A stretch of DNA of 64,000 nucleotides, taken from IMG/VR virus record IMGVR_UViG_3300028832_000100; one strand, given 5' to 3'. The notes beneath the pieces are model-generated. The model saw only the letters and a program-made list of their open reading frames with translations, was not told the DNA's origin and ran no database searches. A program made the translations under genes and the position numbers. Each line of letters begins with the position of its first letter. The stretch's first letter is position 1. The stretch comes from a virus (lineage: Duplodnaviria > Caudoviricetes). Shown one piece after another: positions 1-9,836 of this stretch.

Positions 1-364
1 AAGTTTTTCCCAAACCGGGAACATCGAGCAACAAAAACTTTTTGTGACTTAAACCAAACTCCGCTCCCTCAATTTGATAATCATATGGGTTTGACTTTAT
101 TCCATCCAGATCCAAACTTTCTTTTTTATAGGAAACTTTTTCCATTTTATAGTTTGTAATCTCAATGTCATCATACTTACAAAGTTCATCTACAAGATAA
201 GCAAGAGAGGTGGTCGGTACTTCCCATGTCTTTTTCTTCTCATCAAAATAACTTACTTCACTACCCTTAACAATATTGACAATTTCTTTTCGATAAGGGA
301 ATGAAACAGTTAAAGAAGTAATTCCGGGCATTTTTCTTGGCTTGCCCTCTTTTATCTCAATCAT
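1..364 (-). CDS. SNF2-family helicase, N-terminal part (runs off window)
   Basis: Manual translation from ATG at 364: MIEIKEGKPRKMPG...PYDYQIEGAEFGLSHKKFLLLDVPGLGKT, i.e. Q-motif plus SNF2 motif I. Absent from the ORF track because it is truncated. Confidence 0.8.
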   Translation of the reverse strand, partial: MIEIKEGKPRKMPGITSLTVSFPYRKEIVNIVKGSEVSYFDEKKKTWEVPTTSLAYLVDELCKYDDIEITNYKMEKVSYKKESLDLDGIKSNPYDYQIEGAEFGLSHKKFLLLDVPGLGKT

Positions 365-660
365 CCCTCAAACAATTCCAATTTCTTCTCTTTCTGTGAA
401 ACATAGTCATTGTTAAAATCTCTCACCGTATCCACAACAGATTCAAAATTGATCCTTGCATAGACCTTCATGGCTGTCCCACATTCATCGCAAATGTAGT
501 TTTCTGACAGGTTGAGAGAATTTCCACTGAATGAAATAATCTTTCCAGAATAATCTCTTGTAATGTCTTTGACATCTCCGAAGAAAAATTTCGGATAAAA
601 GATTTCAGCAGGAAGATATTCCCTATCGCATTTCGGACATTTAATCGTTTTTACTTTCAT
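361..660 (-). CDS. Small zinc-ribbon protein
   Basis: CPKC...CDEC; SD GGAG; ATGA overlap with the helicase. Confidence 0.6.
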   Translation of the reverse strand: MKVKTIKCPKCDREYLPAEIFYPKFFFGDVKDITRDYSGKIISFSGNSLNLSENYICDECGTAMKVYARINFESVVDTVRDFNNDYVSQKEKKLELFEG

Positions 661-693
661 TGTTGTAATCTATCTCCTTGTTTTTTTATTTAT

Positions 694-722
694 AGTATAC
701 CACAAATATGCTATTTTGTCAA
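694..722 (-). promoter_or_regulatory. SigA/sigma70-type promoter
   Basis: TTGACA-17 bp-TATACT with extended TG. Confidence 0.8.
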
Positions 723-725
723 CTA

Positions 726-1055
726 TCAGAATAAATTTTCTTCAAAATTATCATTCCTAACTTCTACATTATTTAATCTGTCTATGTATTTAGGATTCCT
801 TTTAATAGTATCAGAAACAACATCAATGATGCTATCAATATATGGAAAAATATCTTCCTTTTTCTTGATTGGCTTACTACTCTACGAAACAAGCAATCCT
901 GTGAATAGTTCTGTAACATGCCAAGATCCACTTTTGTAAGTTACTCCAAACATAAAACCAGATGGGTGATCTATTATATATCCGTCTACAATTTTTGCAT
1001 AAGGCTTCTTTTCTTCACAATCAAAACAGCAGATTTTGTATGAACCTTTTTTCAT
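726..1055 (-). pseudogene. 109-codon hypothetical gene with one in-frame TAG (882-884): amber mutant or readthrough
   Basis: MKKGSYKICCFDCEEK...LLVS*SSKPIKKKEDIFPY...EENLF(TGA); own promoter and SD-like GGTAGGTG. Confidence 0.55.
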
Positions 1056-1087
1056 ATAACTACACCTACCCCTTTTATGGTACTATT

Positions 1088-1116
1088 ATTATATCACTTA
1101 TTTCTCAATTTGTCAA
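1088..1116 (-). promoter_or_regulatory. SigA/sigma70-type promoter
   Basis: TTGACA-17 bp-TATAAT preceded by TG; perfect consensus. Confidence 0.85.
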
Positions 1117-1120
1117 CTAC

Positions 1121-1157
1121 AAAAATAAAAAAAGAGAGCCAATTTTAATCGGCTCTC
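1121..1157 (-). terminator. Rho-independent terminator ending the structural operon
   Basis: GAGAGCC-loop-GGCTCTC followed by TTTTTTTATTTTT on the minus strand. Confidence 0.8.
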
Positions 1158-1213
1158 GTGAGGGGAACATCCCCATCAGTTGGTGGACCATGATCTTTCG
1201 ATCAGCCCATGTA

Positions 1214-1732
1214 TTATAATGGAATCCATTGCATATCAATGGAGTTTCTATCTATTTTGTATCTATACTCCTCTTTTATTGTTATGTCATCGTTTGCATT
1301 AACATCAAATAACGGTAAACTGATGCACCCTTCTGGTATACTTGATGTTGATCCTGTAAATCCAATGTCATAAAAAGTACCGGAATCATCCCCCGCACTC
1401 ACTTCTTCAAGGGGTGACAACTCCTGCGTTTGATCGGTATTACTTAACTTTATATAAGCATAAACTGTACCAGCACCGGATAATCCGGATGCATCATAAG
1501 CATACTTAAAAGTTGTTCTGAAGAAATATCCATCTACTACAAATTCAAGTGTATTAAGACTGGTTGTTGATGTTTCTGAATTTATACTTGTAATAACATA
1601 TCCAGGCTTATCAACAATGTTTCTCGTCATTTGAGTAGTGTTATATTCAGTGGAAATTCTTGAAAATGGATAGTCCCCACCTCTATTTGCCACTGGATAG
1701 GCATGAATGTCATTACTTGCTATATATCCCAT
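1214..1732 (-). CDS. Putative virion structural protein (baseplate/fibre-associated)
   Basis: Last gene of the baseplate operon; S/T-rich composition. Confidence 0.4.
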   Translation of the reverse strand: MGYIASNDIHAYPVANRGGDYPFSRISTEYNTTQMTRNIVDKPGYVITSINSETSTTSLNTLEFVVDGYFFRTTFKYAYDASGLSGAGTVYAYIKLSNTDQTQELSPLEEVSAGDDSGTFYDIGFTGSTSSIPEGCISLPLFDVNANDDITIKEEYRYKIDRNSIDMQWIPL

Positions 1733-1738
1733 ATTCTA

Positions 1739-2374
1739 TTATTCACCTACCTGTTCTTCTTGTTGTTCTTGTGTTTCTGGTGTTGGCTGTTCTGTTGTGG
1801 ATGTAGTGTTTTGTAATCTCATCTGCCACTGAATGTACAGAGATTGACCTTCTGATAAACTTTTCAGGTTTACCAGGGATTGCCCATCCTGCAGATTGCT
1901 CAAAATATCTATTGTAGCCAATTCCGAACTTGAGCCGTCACCATCTTGGTAATAACTATATAGAGAAACCGTTCTTAAATAATTATCCTCTGCGCTGCTT
2001 GCACTATTCAAACTAAATGATTGATATGGTATAGAACACGAAAAAGCAGAATACCATCCGTTTACACTGGTTCCGTGGTATGTTGGGTTAATACCATTAA
2101 ATGTCACAGGTATTCTTGAATAAAGAGCATTAGACAATGTTTCTCCCTCTGATGCACCTCTTTGTGCCCCTAAAAAATGCGGAACATTAACCGCTTCCTC
2201 CATATTACCACCCAATAGGGATGCAATAACTTTGAATAGCCAAACAGTTCCTTCATTGTGTCCAACAAAGTTCTGTAAGATTCTTCCTCTTTTATCTTTA
2301 ACCTGTATCTTTACAATACCACTATATTGAATTGATGTTGAATTATTGCTCTTCATTGCTATTGCTTTCCTCAC
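1739..2374 (-). CDS. Putative baseplate/tail-collar protein
   Basis: Position after wedge genes; G-x-V-x-I...HN N-terminal pattern. Confidence 0.4.
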   Translation of the reverse strand: MRKAIAMKSNNSTSIQYSGIVKIQVKDKRGRILQNFVGHNEGTVWLFKVIASLLGGNMEEAVNVPHFLGAQRGASEGETLSNALYSRIPVTFNGINPTYHGTSVNGWYSAFSCSIPYQSFSLNSASSAEDNYLRTVSLYSYYQDGDGSSSELATIDILSNLQDGQSLVNLKSLSEGQSLYIQWQMRLQNTTSTTEQPTPETQEQQEEQVGE

Positions 2375-3200
2375 TTTGTTGTTCTGATGCGTTTTGAGAA
2401 CTTGGTGGTATTTGTGAGCTTGACGGGATTATCGTATTAGTATCGAATGCACCAACCAAATCATTTTCCACATCGGACACAACTGCTTCTTTCGGACTTG
2501 GTATGGCAGTGCTTGGTTTAAGTGATCCAATATCACCGACATACATACTACTTTCAACATCTTTAGATGCTGATTTGTTATTTATTGAAGAAACGGATCT
2601 TATTCCAGATGGGTTGTGACCATCTTGTCCTGATGTATATACTTTTTTACCTACAAATGCTACCATAGAATCATCAATGTGATATGTGTCATAAATAGGA
2701 TCAGTGAATTTGGAATATACTACCGCAAAATCAAAACCTGCAGGTATAACATATTTTAATACCTCTTCCAATGCATATTTGTATTGCATTTGAAACTGAA
2801 TAAGTATTAAAACTTGATGAGTAGTTTTATCTATACTTACAATAATTTCTGTATCTCCGCTTGGAATATTCTCTGCTCTCAATACAGATGCAACAGCATA
2901 TTCTATCCCTCTTATGCTTCCTTTATTCTTAACGGCGAATGGAAATGCTGCAAGGATGGGTCTTAATACCTTTGCGTCAATATCCACTTTCGGAAAGAAT
3001 CCCACCTTTGTGGCGTAATGTATCAAAAGAGAATCATAAATATTTAATGGTCGAATTAGATTTATAATAGATGATGCGTCAAACATTACACCACCGTGTA
3101 TGACATCCATAACTCTTCCCATTAACTGGAAATCTCTGGATTCATTAACATACACTTGTGGTACATTATTTTGCATCCTAAATACTGCCATGAATGTCAC
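2343..3200 (-). CDS. Baseplate wedge protein (P2 gpI / T4 gp7-like)
   Basis: KNKGSIRGIE and YVIPAG motifs; follows the gp6-like gene. Confidence 0.6.
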   Translation of the reverse strand: MTFMAVFRMQNNVPQVYVNESRDFQLMGRVMDVIHGGVMFDASSIINLIRPLNIYDSLLIHYATKVGFFPKVDIDAKVLRPILAAFPFAVKNKGSIRGIEYAVASVLRAENIPSGDTEIIVSIDKTTHQVLILIQFQMQYKYALEEVLKYVIPAGFDFAVVYSKFTDPIYDTYHIDDSMVAFVGKKVYTSGQDGHNPSGIRSVSSINNKSASKDVESSMYVGDIGSLKPSTAIPSPKEAVVSDVENDLVGAFDTNTIIPSSSQIPPSSQNASEQQSEESNSNEEQ

Positions 3201-3206
3201 CCCCTA

Positions 3207-6200
3207 TTATAATCTACTTGAATTGATAACCGAAACATTGCAGTTATTCATCTGTGCAATGGTGAATCTGTTAAACGGATTGTTGGAATCCCAGAATGAA
3301 TCTGCTGTCATTGGATCTTCTACTGCTGTCGCTTCATTAACTCTGTTTGTCCAATTGTAAGCAACTGCCGGCGAATATGGAGACACAAGCATTGTACTCT
3401 TTATAAAACCCTCAACACCGCTCATAATAGTGTTATTTTCGGTTTCGTCGCTCAATATCTGTGTATATCTTTCTACGATATTAACATTTCCTATGAGCAA
3501 TTCTTCTGCTCCTTGTGGGTTTGTTATAGTGACGGAGATTGTATTTCCCAATGGACTTCCTGCCGGATTATTTATGAAGGCATAATATGTTCCGGGACTG
3601 GTTATTGATGACGGATTTGAAATAGCTCCATACTGACTCCTTATCTCCGAGACGCCACTTATCGTAACTGTTTCTCCGTCCTGCTTAAATATGGTAAATA
3701 CAACTTCATTTCCCCAACTAAGAGAACTGTCTGTTCTACTAATAGATAGTGCAGTAGATGTCCCGTTTCCTTCTATTATGTAATAACCACTTGAGTCCGT
3801 ATTGGGCAAACCACTTGCTAACGTGTAAGAAATAGCATCAAGTTCCGCTTCAAAAGTACCATCTTCCTGCATTACTCTTACATCAATATTTTCTCCACCG
3901 GCTAATACAAGGTTTGCATTGAATTGAACAATACTGCCGGACGAAACATCTGCATTTGTATTACCATTAAAATAAAATGATTGACCCTGCAGAAGTTTTT
4001 GTGGATTTAGTGCGGTTGAGTTTATATTTAATCTTGACCAAACCTGGTAATTTGTTGTCCCCATAGAGGAATCAAAACTTGCAATTTCTATCGGTTGGTC
4101 ATCTATATCTTTTAACTCTAAATCTGCTATGGATTGTTCTGTGTTTTTAATATCGGAAGAAACAGTACCTTTAATATTGCACCCTTCTCCAAGAACTGTC
4201 ATATTCATTTCTTGAATGTACAAATCCATCTCTTTGTACTGCCAATATATATCCTCAATGTCCCCTGTGAGTATTGTTTCTGCGGTTATTTTTGAAGATA
4301 AGCCAGATGATATTGCTCCTGTGTAACTACTGGTCGGTGTTAAATGTCTTGTTAGCTTTGTACCACTTCCAAGAACAGCAATACCTTGTGAGAAGTCTTC
4401 GGATTTAGAATACAGAAAATATTCACCCTCTTCCAGAATAATATACTGGTCTGCCTCGGTGGTGATGGCTTCATTGTATTCTGGAAATAGTGTGTTTTCT
4501 GCATTATTTCTAAGCCAGTAGCAAGGCATCCTGTATTCTTTTACGCTCGGGTTCATTTGAAGATGTACTTCGTTTATTTTATTCAAATAAATAGCCCCGG
4601 TTGCTTCTAATCCCTTCCAGTTGTCACCAGATGTGTTTTCTAACAATCTATTAGATGAGCAAACTGTTCCCGGTGGTATGTCGTAGGTTTTTTCTTCACC
4701 GGAATCTGTGTCTGTCCATTTCAATGTAATTTGGATGTTGTTGCTTGTACCAACATTGCTTTGTATCTTGAAATATGTGTTTGGATTTATTCCATCAGAA
4801 GGTGCACCACTCATTTGATAGTATATCATGTACGAATATGTATATGTGACTATGTATTCTGGTCGTGAAACAAATACATACTCGTTCTTTTTTATATCAT
4901 AACCAGATGATACACTACCAGATGTGATCTCAACTTCTGTCTTGATTTTGCTAATATTGTCAAAAACTTTAATGTTTTGCTGACCGAACTTGTATACAAA
5001 TCTATCGTCAAATTGATACATCTGCACATTTCCATTAAGAATAAGGCTTTGAAGAATATGCTTATAGAACTTGCTGGCTTCATCAGTACCGTCACTGGTA
5101 TATTTTAGATCTGTTGCACTATCGAAAGAGCCGGATGTATCATTACCCCACATAATCTTTGCTGTATAGGTCGGCTCGTTCAGAACAACACTCTTAATTC
5201 TTGTATCAGCGTTATTTATAGTTTGAATGATATCGTCATAAGAGATTGGCTCACCAAAATTGACTTTTCTAGCATTATACTTTCTATATAGTGCTGTTTT
5301 TATATTGGTTTCAATCTCTCTTGCATCTTGGTTGGAAACCTTATAATAGGTAATTACTTTACCGTTTACATCGTAGAAGTTTTTAATGCAAAATGGGTAG
5401 TCGGTACTTCTTACGTTGTCAACATAATCATGTTGAAGTGATTTCAACTCCTCTATACCTTGCTCGATTACCTGATAGTTTTGATTTACGCTAAATGAAG
5501 CATCATAAGAAACCTTTTTACTGCCCCCATCGTATGGAGAAAGAATATACAGAGCAAGGTTAAATGCGTTTCTACCATCTTCATTTACAACGAGTTTCTT
5601 ATCAATAGAGTCTTGATCCATTGTAACAACATGATAAGAGTATTCTATGTCGTTTGTCCTGTCTGCTGCTACGGCATTTGAGGCAAGATATTTTCCGTTT
5701 TCTTGAAGATTATAAACAGCATTTTCATAATCTCTACAGGTAACAAGAGTATTAAATGTCCCTACCGTTTTCTTATAGTTTCTATAAGCGTCTTCCAGCA
5801 ATTCTGGATCTTCACCATCAACAGCGTCAAATGGGTTAAAGACAATTAGGTTTTCTGTCAAGTTCTGATCGGTTCCACTATCATCTGTTATTTCTACATT
5901 AGTGTAGAAACTATCAATGACATTGTTCTGAATGTTTCCACTTTCACCCATTGTAACGATATATTTTATTTTCAAGCCGGATTCAATAATATCGCTTATG
6001 TCTTCCGGGAATTGAATGTAGCAAGTTCCGGAGTTCGGAAGGACACCGAAGGAGTAGACTCTCTGCCCTGTTTGGTAACTCTCTATATTGGAAACCCTTT
6101 TCCAAGCATCCCATTGTAAATCTGAATCTTCTGTTTGGGCTTGGTTGGTATTTGCTACGAATATACCGTTCTCTGCAACCATTGTGTCTGGTATGTACAC

Positions 6201-6782
6201 TCTGAGATCATCGTCAAGATTGTTAAGAGAGATAATATCGCTGCCACCAATCACAAGGTTTTGAATAACACCCTGCAACGATGGGGAAGTATATACTTCA
6301 TTTTTGGTCATTATTACGGACGGATCTGTAAGAGTGTAAACATATTCCCCTGTTGAATCTGTGACCATTGTAAAACGTGGTATTTTAATTCCGTTTGAAA
6401 AGTTTTTCCCTGCTCCACCTATGGTAAGGTCTCCATTGTACTTATAGGAGATCTGTGTAGAAGCAGCTCGATACCACTTCATTTCGTATCCGAGGGAGTC
6501 ATAAATCTGTCTTGCATTTCCGACCTGTGATACTGAAAGTGGAAATGTTTCAAGAATATTCTTATCAATATTATAGTTCTCTTTGTCTGCAATAATGGCG
6601 TTTTCTTTCAAAAGGACAACACCGGGGTCAGACTCGTTAGAGATAGTAGGGTCCCACTTCGGAGAAATGGACTTTACAAGGTCTAATTCCTCGTTATAAA
6701 TGCTATTAAAATCTTTATTTGTGTAAGATAGTCCACTAGAAGGATTCGTGTATATTACATTTTTTACATTGCTTGATGGCAT
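3207..6782 (-). CDS. Baseplate wedge subunit (T4 gp6 / baseplate-J-like)
   Basis: YTNKDFNSI...ESDPGVVL N-terminus and TLVTCRDYE motif; 1191 aa. Confidence 0.75.
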   Translation of the reverse strand: MPSSNVKNVIYTNPSSGLSYTNKDFNSIYNEELDLVKSISPKWDPTISNESDPGVVLLKENAIIADKENYNIDKNILETFPLSVSQVGNARQIYDSLGYEMKWYRAASTQISYKYNGDLTIGGAGKNFSNGIKIPRFTMVTDSTGEYVYTLTDPSVIMTKNEVYTSPSLQGVIQNLVIGGSDIISLNNLDDDLRVYIPDTMVAENGIFVANTNQAQTEDSDLQWDAWKRVSNIESYQTGQRVYSFGVLPNSGTCYIQFPEDISDIIESGLKIKYIVTMGESGNIQNNVIDSFYTNVEITDDSGTDQNLTENLIVFNPFDAVDGEDPELLEDAYRNYKKTVGTFNTLVTCRDYENAVYNLQENGKYLASNAVAADRTNDIEYSYHVVTMDQDSIDKKLVVNEDGRNAFNLALYILSPYDGGSKKVSYDASFSVNQNYQVIEQGIEELKSLQHDYVDNVRSTDYPFCIKNFYDVNGKVITYYKVSNQDAREIETNIKTALYRKYNARKVNFGEPISYDDIIQTINNADTRIKSVVLNEPTYTAKIMWGNDTSGSFDSATDLKYTSDGTDEASKFYKHILQSLILNGNVQMYQFDDRFVYKFGQQNIKVFDNISKIKTEVEITSGSVSSGYDIKKNEYVFVSRPEYIVTYTYSYMIYYQMSGAPSDGINPNTYFKIQSNVGTSNNIQITLKWTDTDSGEEKTYDIPPGTVCSSNRLLENTSGDNWKGLEATGAIYLNKINEVHLQMNPSVKEYRMPCYWLRNNAENTLFPEYNEAITTEADQYIILEEGEYFLYSKSEDFSQGIAVLGSGTKLTRHLTPTSSYTGAISSGLSSKITAETILTGDIEDIYWQYKEMDLYIQEMNMTVLGEGCNIKGTVSSDIKNTEQSIADLELKDIDDQPIEIASFDSSMGTTNYQVWSRLNINSTALNPQKLLQGQSFYFNGNTNADVSSGSIVQFNANLVLAGGENIDVRVMQEDGTFEAELDAISYTLASGLPNTDSSGYYIIEGNGTSTALSISRTDSSLSWGNEVVFTIFKQDGETVTISGVSEIRSQYGAISNPSSITSPGTYYAFINNPAGSPLGNTISVTITNPQGAEELLIGNVNIVERYTQILSDETENNTIMSGVEGFIKSTMLVSPYSPAVAYNWTNRVNEATAVEDPMTADSFWDSNNPFNRFTIAQMNNCNVSVINSSRL

Positions 6783-6783
6783 A

Positions 6784-7167
6784 TTATACTATCTCACTCC
6801 CTGTTAGTGTAATGTTGTACATATCTGTTTGGTAGTCAATCAAATTTTTTGCTTTTATGTTTATAAACAATTTTGTTCTGTCGGATGTTACTTTAATATC
6901 TTTTCGTTCTACCAATACCTGCGGCATAAACTGCAATATTGCAGTATAGATGCTGTCTATAACAATATCTCTAAGTACACGGTTATTTTGATCGAACATA
7001 AACTTTTTTAGATTTGTTCCGAAATAAGGATCACCAAACAAGGAGGTCTTGTCTGATAGTAGAAGCAATTTTAGGTTGCTTGCTGTTGCTTCGTGATCGC
7101 TATACACTTTTGTACTTCCTCTATTGAACATAGATGGAAATGCAATAGACTTAATCATATTATACAA
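6784..7167 (-). CDS. gp25-like baseplate protein
   Basis: NLKLLLLSDKTSLFGDPYFGTNL pattern. Confidence 0.8.
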   Translation of the reverse strand: MYNMIKSIAFPSMFNRGSTKVYSDHEATASNLKLLLLSDKTSLFGDPYFGTNLKKFMFDQNNRVLRDIVIDSIYTAILQFMPQVLVERKDIKVTSDRTKLFINIKAKNLIDYQTDMYNITLTGSEIV

Positions 7168-7666
7168 CCTCCCCGTTTATTTCATCTATCTGTGCTGATA
7201 TTCCTTCCAACTGAGCTGATAATTGATCCAACTGATATTGAATATTGTTTTTAATGCCAATTAGACAAGATATAGCAACTGGTGTTACATTGCCGATTCT
7301 TGTGTTGTATGGAAGATCTGCACTTTCCGATCCATCATCACTGTAAAAACTCAAACTCTTTGCCACGATCTGTGGTCTTGTTTCGGTTATATTTTTATCA
7401 TTGACTGTAGATGGATTTAGGTTTGTCAATAATTGACCGAGAATTACCGGATTGTTATAATTGTCATTCTCAAAGGCAATATAAACAACATCTCCGATGT
7501 TTATTAAATTTGTAAAACCCGGAATACCACAAACAGTGGCTTTCGCTAAATCTTCCTTACTTGTGCTATTGGCTGTTCCCTCTATACCATTTATAATTGG
7601 TATTCTTACATAAAATTTGTTTGGCTCATTTGGAACAGCACTCTCTACAAAACCTTTCAGAATCAC
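7160..7666 (-). CDS. Baseplate spike, gp5-like OB-fold
   Basis: VRIP...IGDVVYIAFENDNYNNPVILG. Confidence 0.7.
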   Translation of the reverse strand: MILKGFVESAVPNEPNKFYVRIPIINGIEGTANSTSKEDLAKATVCGIPGFTNLINIGDVVYIAFENDNYNNPVILGQLLTNLNPSTVNDKNITETRPQIVAKSLSFYSDDGSESADLPYNTRIGNVTPVAISCLIGIKNNIQYQLDQLSAQLEGISAQIDEINGEVV

Positions 7667-8925
7667 ACTTCTTCACCTGCAATTCTTGTTAATGAAAGGG
7701 TGGTTTTGTATCCACTTTCATCAATCGTATCATTCTGTGCAGTTATGATATATGTCCCAGAAGATATATGCTTTCTTCCGTAGAATATGGTGTTAATCTT
7801 TAAGTATGTCATAAGCAATGCAGGTCTTAACAAACCCTTAATGGTTAGTTTTGCAGTTATAGGGTATTGTGTAACTCTTGTCCACCATGTCTTATCTGCC
7901 TCTGTAGTCTTATAGAACATCGACTGCCTACTAATAAGTGGCGAGTATATATATTCCAAAACACCGTTGTCATTTATTCTGTAATTGTACTCACTTTGTT
8001 CGATCTTTTGTGAGTAATCATATAGAATAGAATATTGTTGGTTATTATCTATGGTGAAAGAAATCACATTGTTTGGAGAAGGATAACCAATATCAATCGT
8101 ATAAGTATCAAGAGAGTTAATATCAGAAATACTTCTCGCTACTTTCTGTACCTTAAAATAAGGACCGCCAAACTCTCCTGTTGTACTGTCGAAAACAGAT
8201 ATAATATACTTATTTCCTGAAAGCAAGGATTTATTATCTGTAGAGGTTAAACTTGTCATACAAGAAATGAGATAACTCATATAATCTAATACAGAAATAT
8301 TTGACTGTGCCTCTATGACTACTTTTTTATCGTCAGTTGCGATCAAACCTCTGGCTTCAACAAGTTCTCTATCTCTCATTCCATAGAAAACATCTAATAG
8401 CCCATATCTATTATCATACAGGATCTCTGTCAATACCTTGCTCGGCTTTTCATTTCTTCTTGGAAAGAAATATGTACCTGCGGTCAAAGATATTGCATCG
8501 CTCGTACAGGCAATATTATATGAAATCTTGCTTCCCTCAAAACTGAAGGATGAGCGAACATCGCTCATTACGGCTGTTTCTTTTCTGAATATAAATGTTG
8601 GAGATGCTAAATCACCATAACTTAATGTGATCTTACGGTCGGAAGACGCTTTACTGAAAACTTTCTCTAAAAAGTTTGGATCATCCCCTCCGCGAATAGC
8701 ATAATCCATATTCACATTGTAAGTGTTTACCGCTCCATTTATCTTATTTATGGACAAACTTTTAATGTAATTTGGGTAAGAAGCAATTATCTTTTTAGAA
8801 TAACCCTCATTGTCTGTAACACTTTTAGTTTGTTTATCATAAATTCCGAAAGAGTACCCGCCTATTTCCACATTGATAAAAGGAACTTCCACACGGTTTG
8901 TTGTGCTTAATAAATTAAGTGCCAT
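7663..8925 (-). CDS. Baseplate hub (gp27/gpD-like)
   Basis: C-terminal SGTYIITAQNDTIDESGYKTTLSL; synteny. Confidence 0.65.
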   Translation of the reverse strand: MALNLLSTTNRVEVPFINVEIGGYSFGIYDKQTKSVTDNEGYSKKIIASYPNYIKSLSINKINGAVNTYNVNMDYAIRGGDDPNFLEKVFSKASSDRKITLSYGDLASPTFIFRKETAVMSDVRSSFSFEGSKISYNIACTSDAISLTAGTYFFPRRNEKPSKVLTEILYDNRYGLLDVFYGMRDRELVEARGLIATDDKKVVIEAQSNISVLDYMSYLISCMTSLTSTDNKSLLSGNKYIISVFDSTTGEFGGPYFKVQKVARSISDINSLDTYTIDIGYPSPNNVISFTIDNNQQYSILYDYSQKIEQSEYNYRINDNGVLEYIYSPLISRQSMFYKTTEADKTWWTRVTQYPITAKLTIKGLLRPALLMTYLKINTIFYGRKHISSGTYIITAQNDTIDESGYKTTLSLTRIAGEEV

Positions 8926-8945
8926 AAAGCTCCTTTCTCGATGTC

Positions 8946-9266
8946 TTACATTGTTGCAAATGATATATTACTGATTGTCGGTATTTTAATAAGTGTTCCA
9001 ACCTCTATCTCCGAAAATGGGTCTTGAATTCTGTTAAAATCACATATCACCCAATATAGAGTAGGGTTGTTATAATATTTCAGTGAGATGCTGTCAAATG
9101 TATCTCCTAAAACCGATTTATGAATGACATATGGTGTATTGCTCTTTATGTAAGCAGTGGTTCCATAAATGTATTTTTCCGTTTCGGTGTCATAAAAATA
9201 TGGAAAACCTGTGTATCTGGAAATATAGTCATACTGTCTATATGCCTTATTTGTGAGTTTATCCAT
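8946..9266 (-). CDS. LysM-like baseplate protein (gp53/gpX-like)
   Basis: GDTFDSISLKYYNNPTLYWVICDFN. Confidence 0.75.
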   Translation of the reverse strand: MDKLTNKAYRQYDYISRYTGFPYFYDTETEKYIYGTTAYIKSNTPYVIHKSVLGDTFDSISLKYYNNPTLYWVICDFNRIQDPFSEIEVGTLIKIPTISNISFATM

Positions 9267-9836
9267 TTACTTATACAACGACCTTTCTAATGTTCTTGCC
9301 AACCCACGGAACGAACCTGTCTTTGTCACCGTTTCCGCATCATATGGATCAACCTCTGCTACTGTAAACTGAATCTCAATGGACGCATACTTATTGCTCT
9401 CTAAAAGAGGAAGTCCGTAAGTAACGGTAATTCCACCTGTTAAAACACCTTTGATAAATATGTCGCTTCCAAATCTAACAGCAACCATTGGTGGATCTAC
9501 CATTTTATTCTCGATTGCATATCTTGGAAGAGAAGCTGCCTGTAATTGCTTGATTATTGTATCAACATAATCATCACCAATTTCAACTGCAAGATTGCTT
9601 ACATTTACATTAAGTGCCTCAAACATATCTCTTCTTAAGGTTAAATTTATGTTTATAGTTCTCGGACCTGAATAACTATATGAGAAGATTGGAGCTGTTC
9701 TCATCATTATGGGTGTTTGGGCGAATGTTGTTGCCATTGCGTCACTCACTGTTTCTGGCACTGTTGGTAATACAACAAAGGCATCGAGATGATAAAGATA
9801 GATGTAATTGTCAATTAAATTTATATTCTCCATCAC
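9267..9836 (-). CDS. Tail tube initiator-like baseplate protein
   Basis: YSYSGPRTI and PPMVAVRFG motifs; synteny. Confidence 0.55.
   Translation of the reverse strand: MMENINLIDNYIYLYHLDAFVVLPTVPETVSDAMATTFAQTPIMMRTAPIFSYSYSGPRTININLTLRRDMFEALNVNVSNLAVEIGDDYVDTIIKQLQAASLPRYAIENKMVDPPMVAVRFGSDIFIKGVLTGGITVTYGLPLLESNKYASIEIQFTVAEVDPYDAETVTKTGSFRGLARTLERSLYK

Noticed and set aside
1158-1213. Hammerhead-like ribozyme (CUGAU, CGAAA) before the terminator
   Set aside because: No CUGANGA core in the right order with stem II and GAAA; only small hairpins can be supported.
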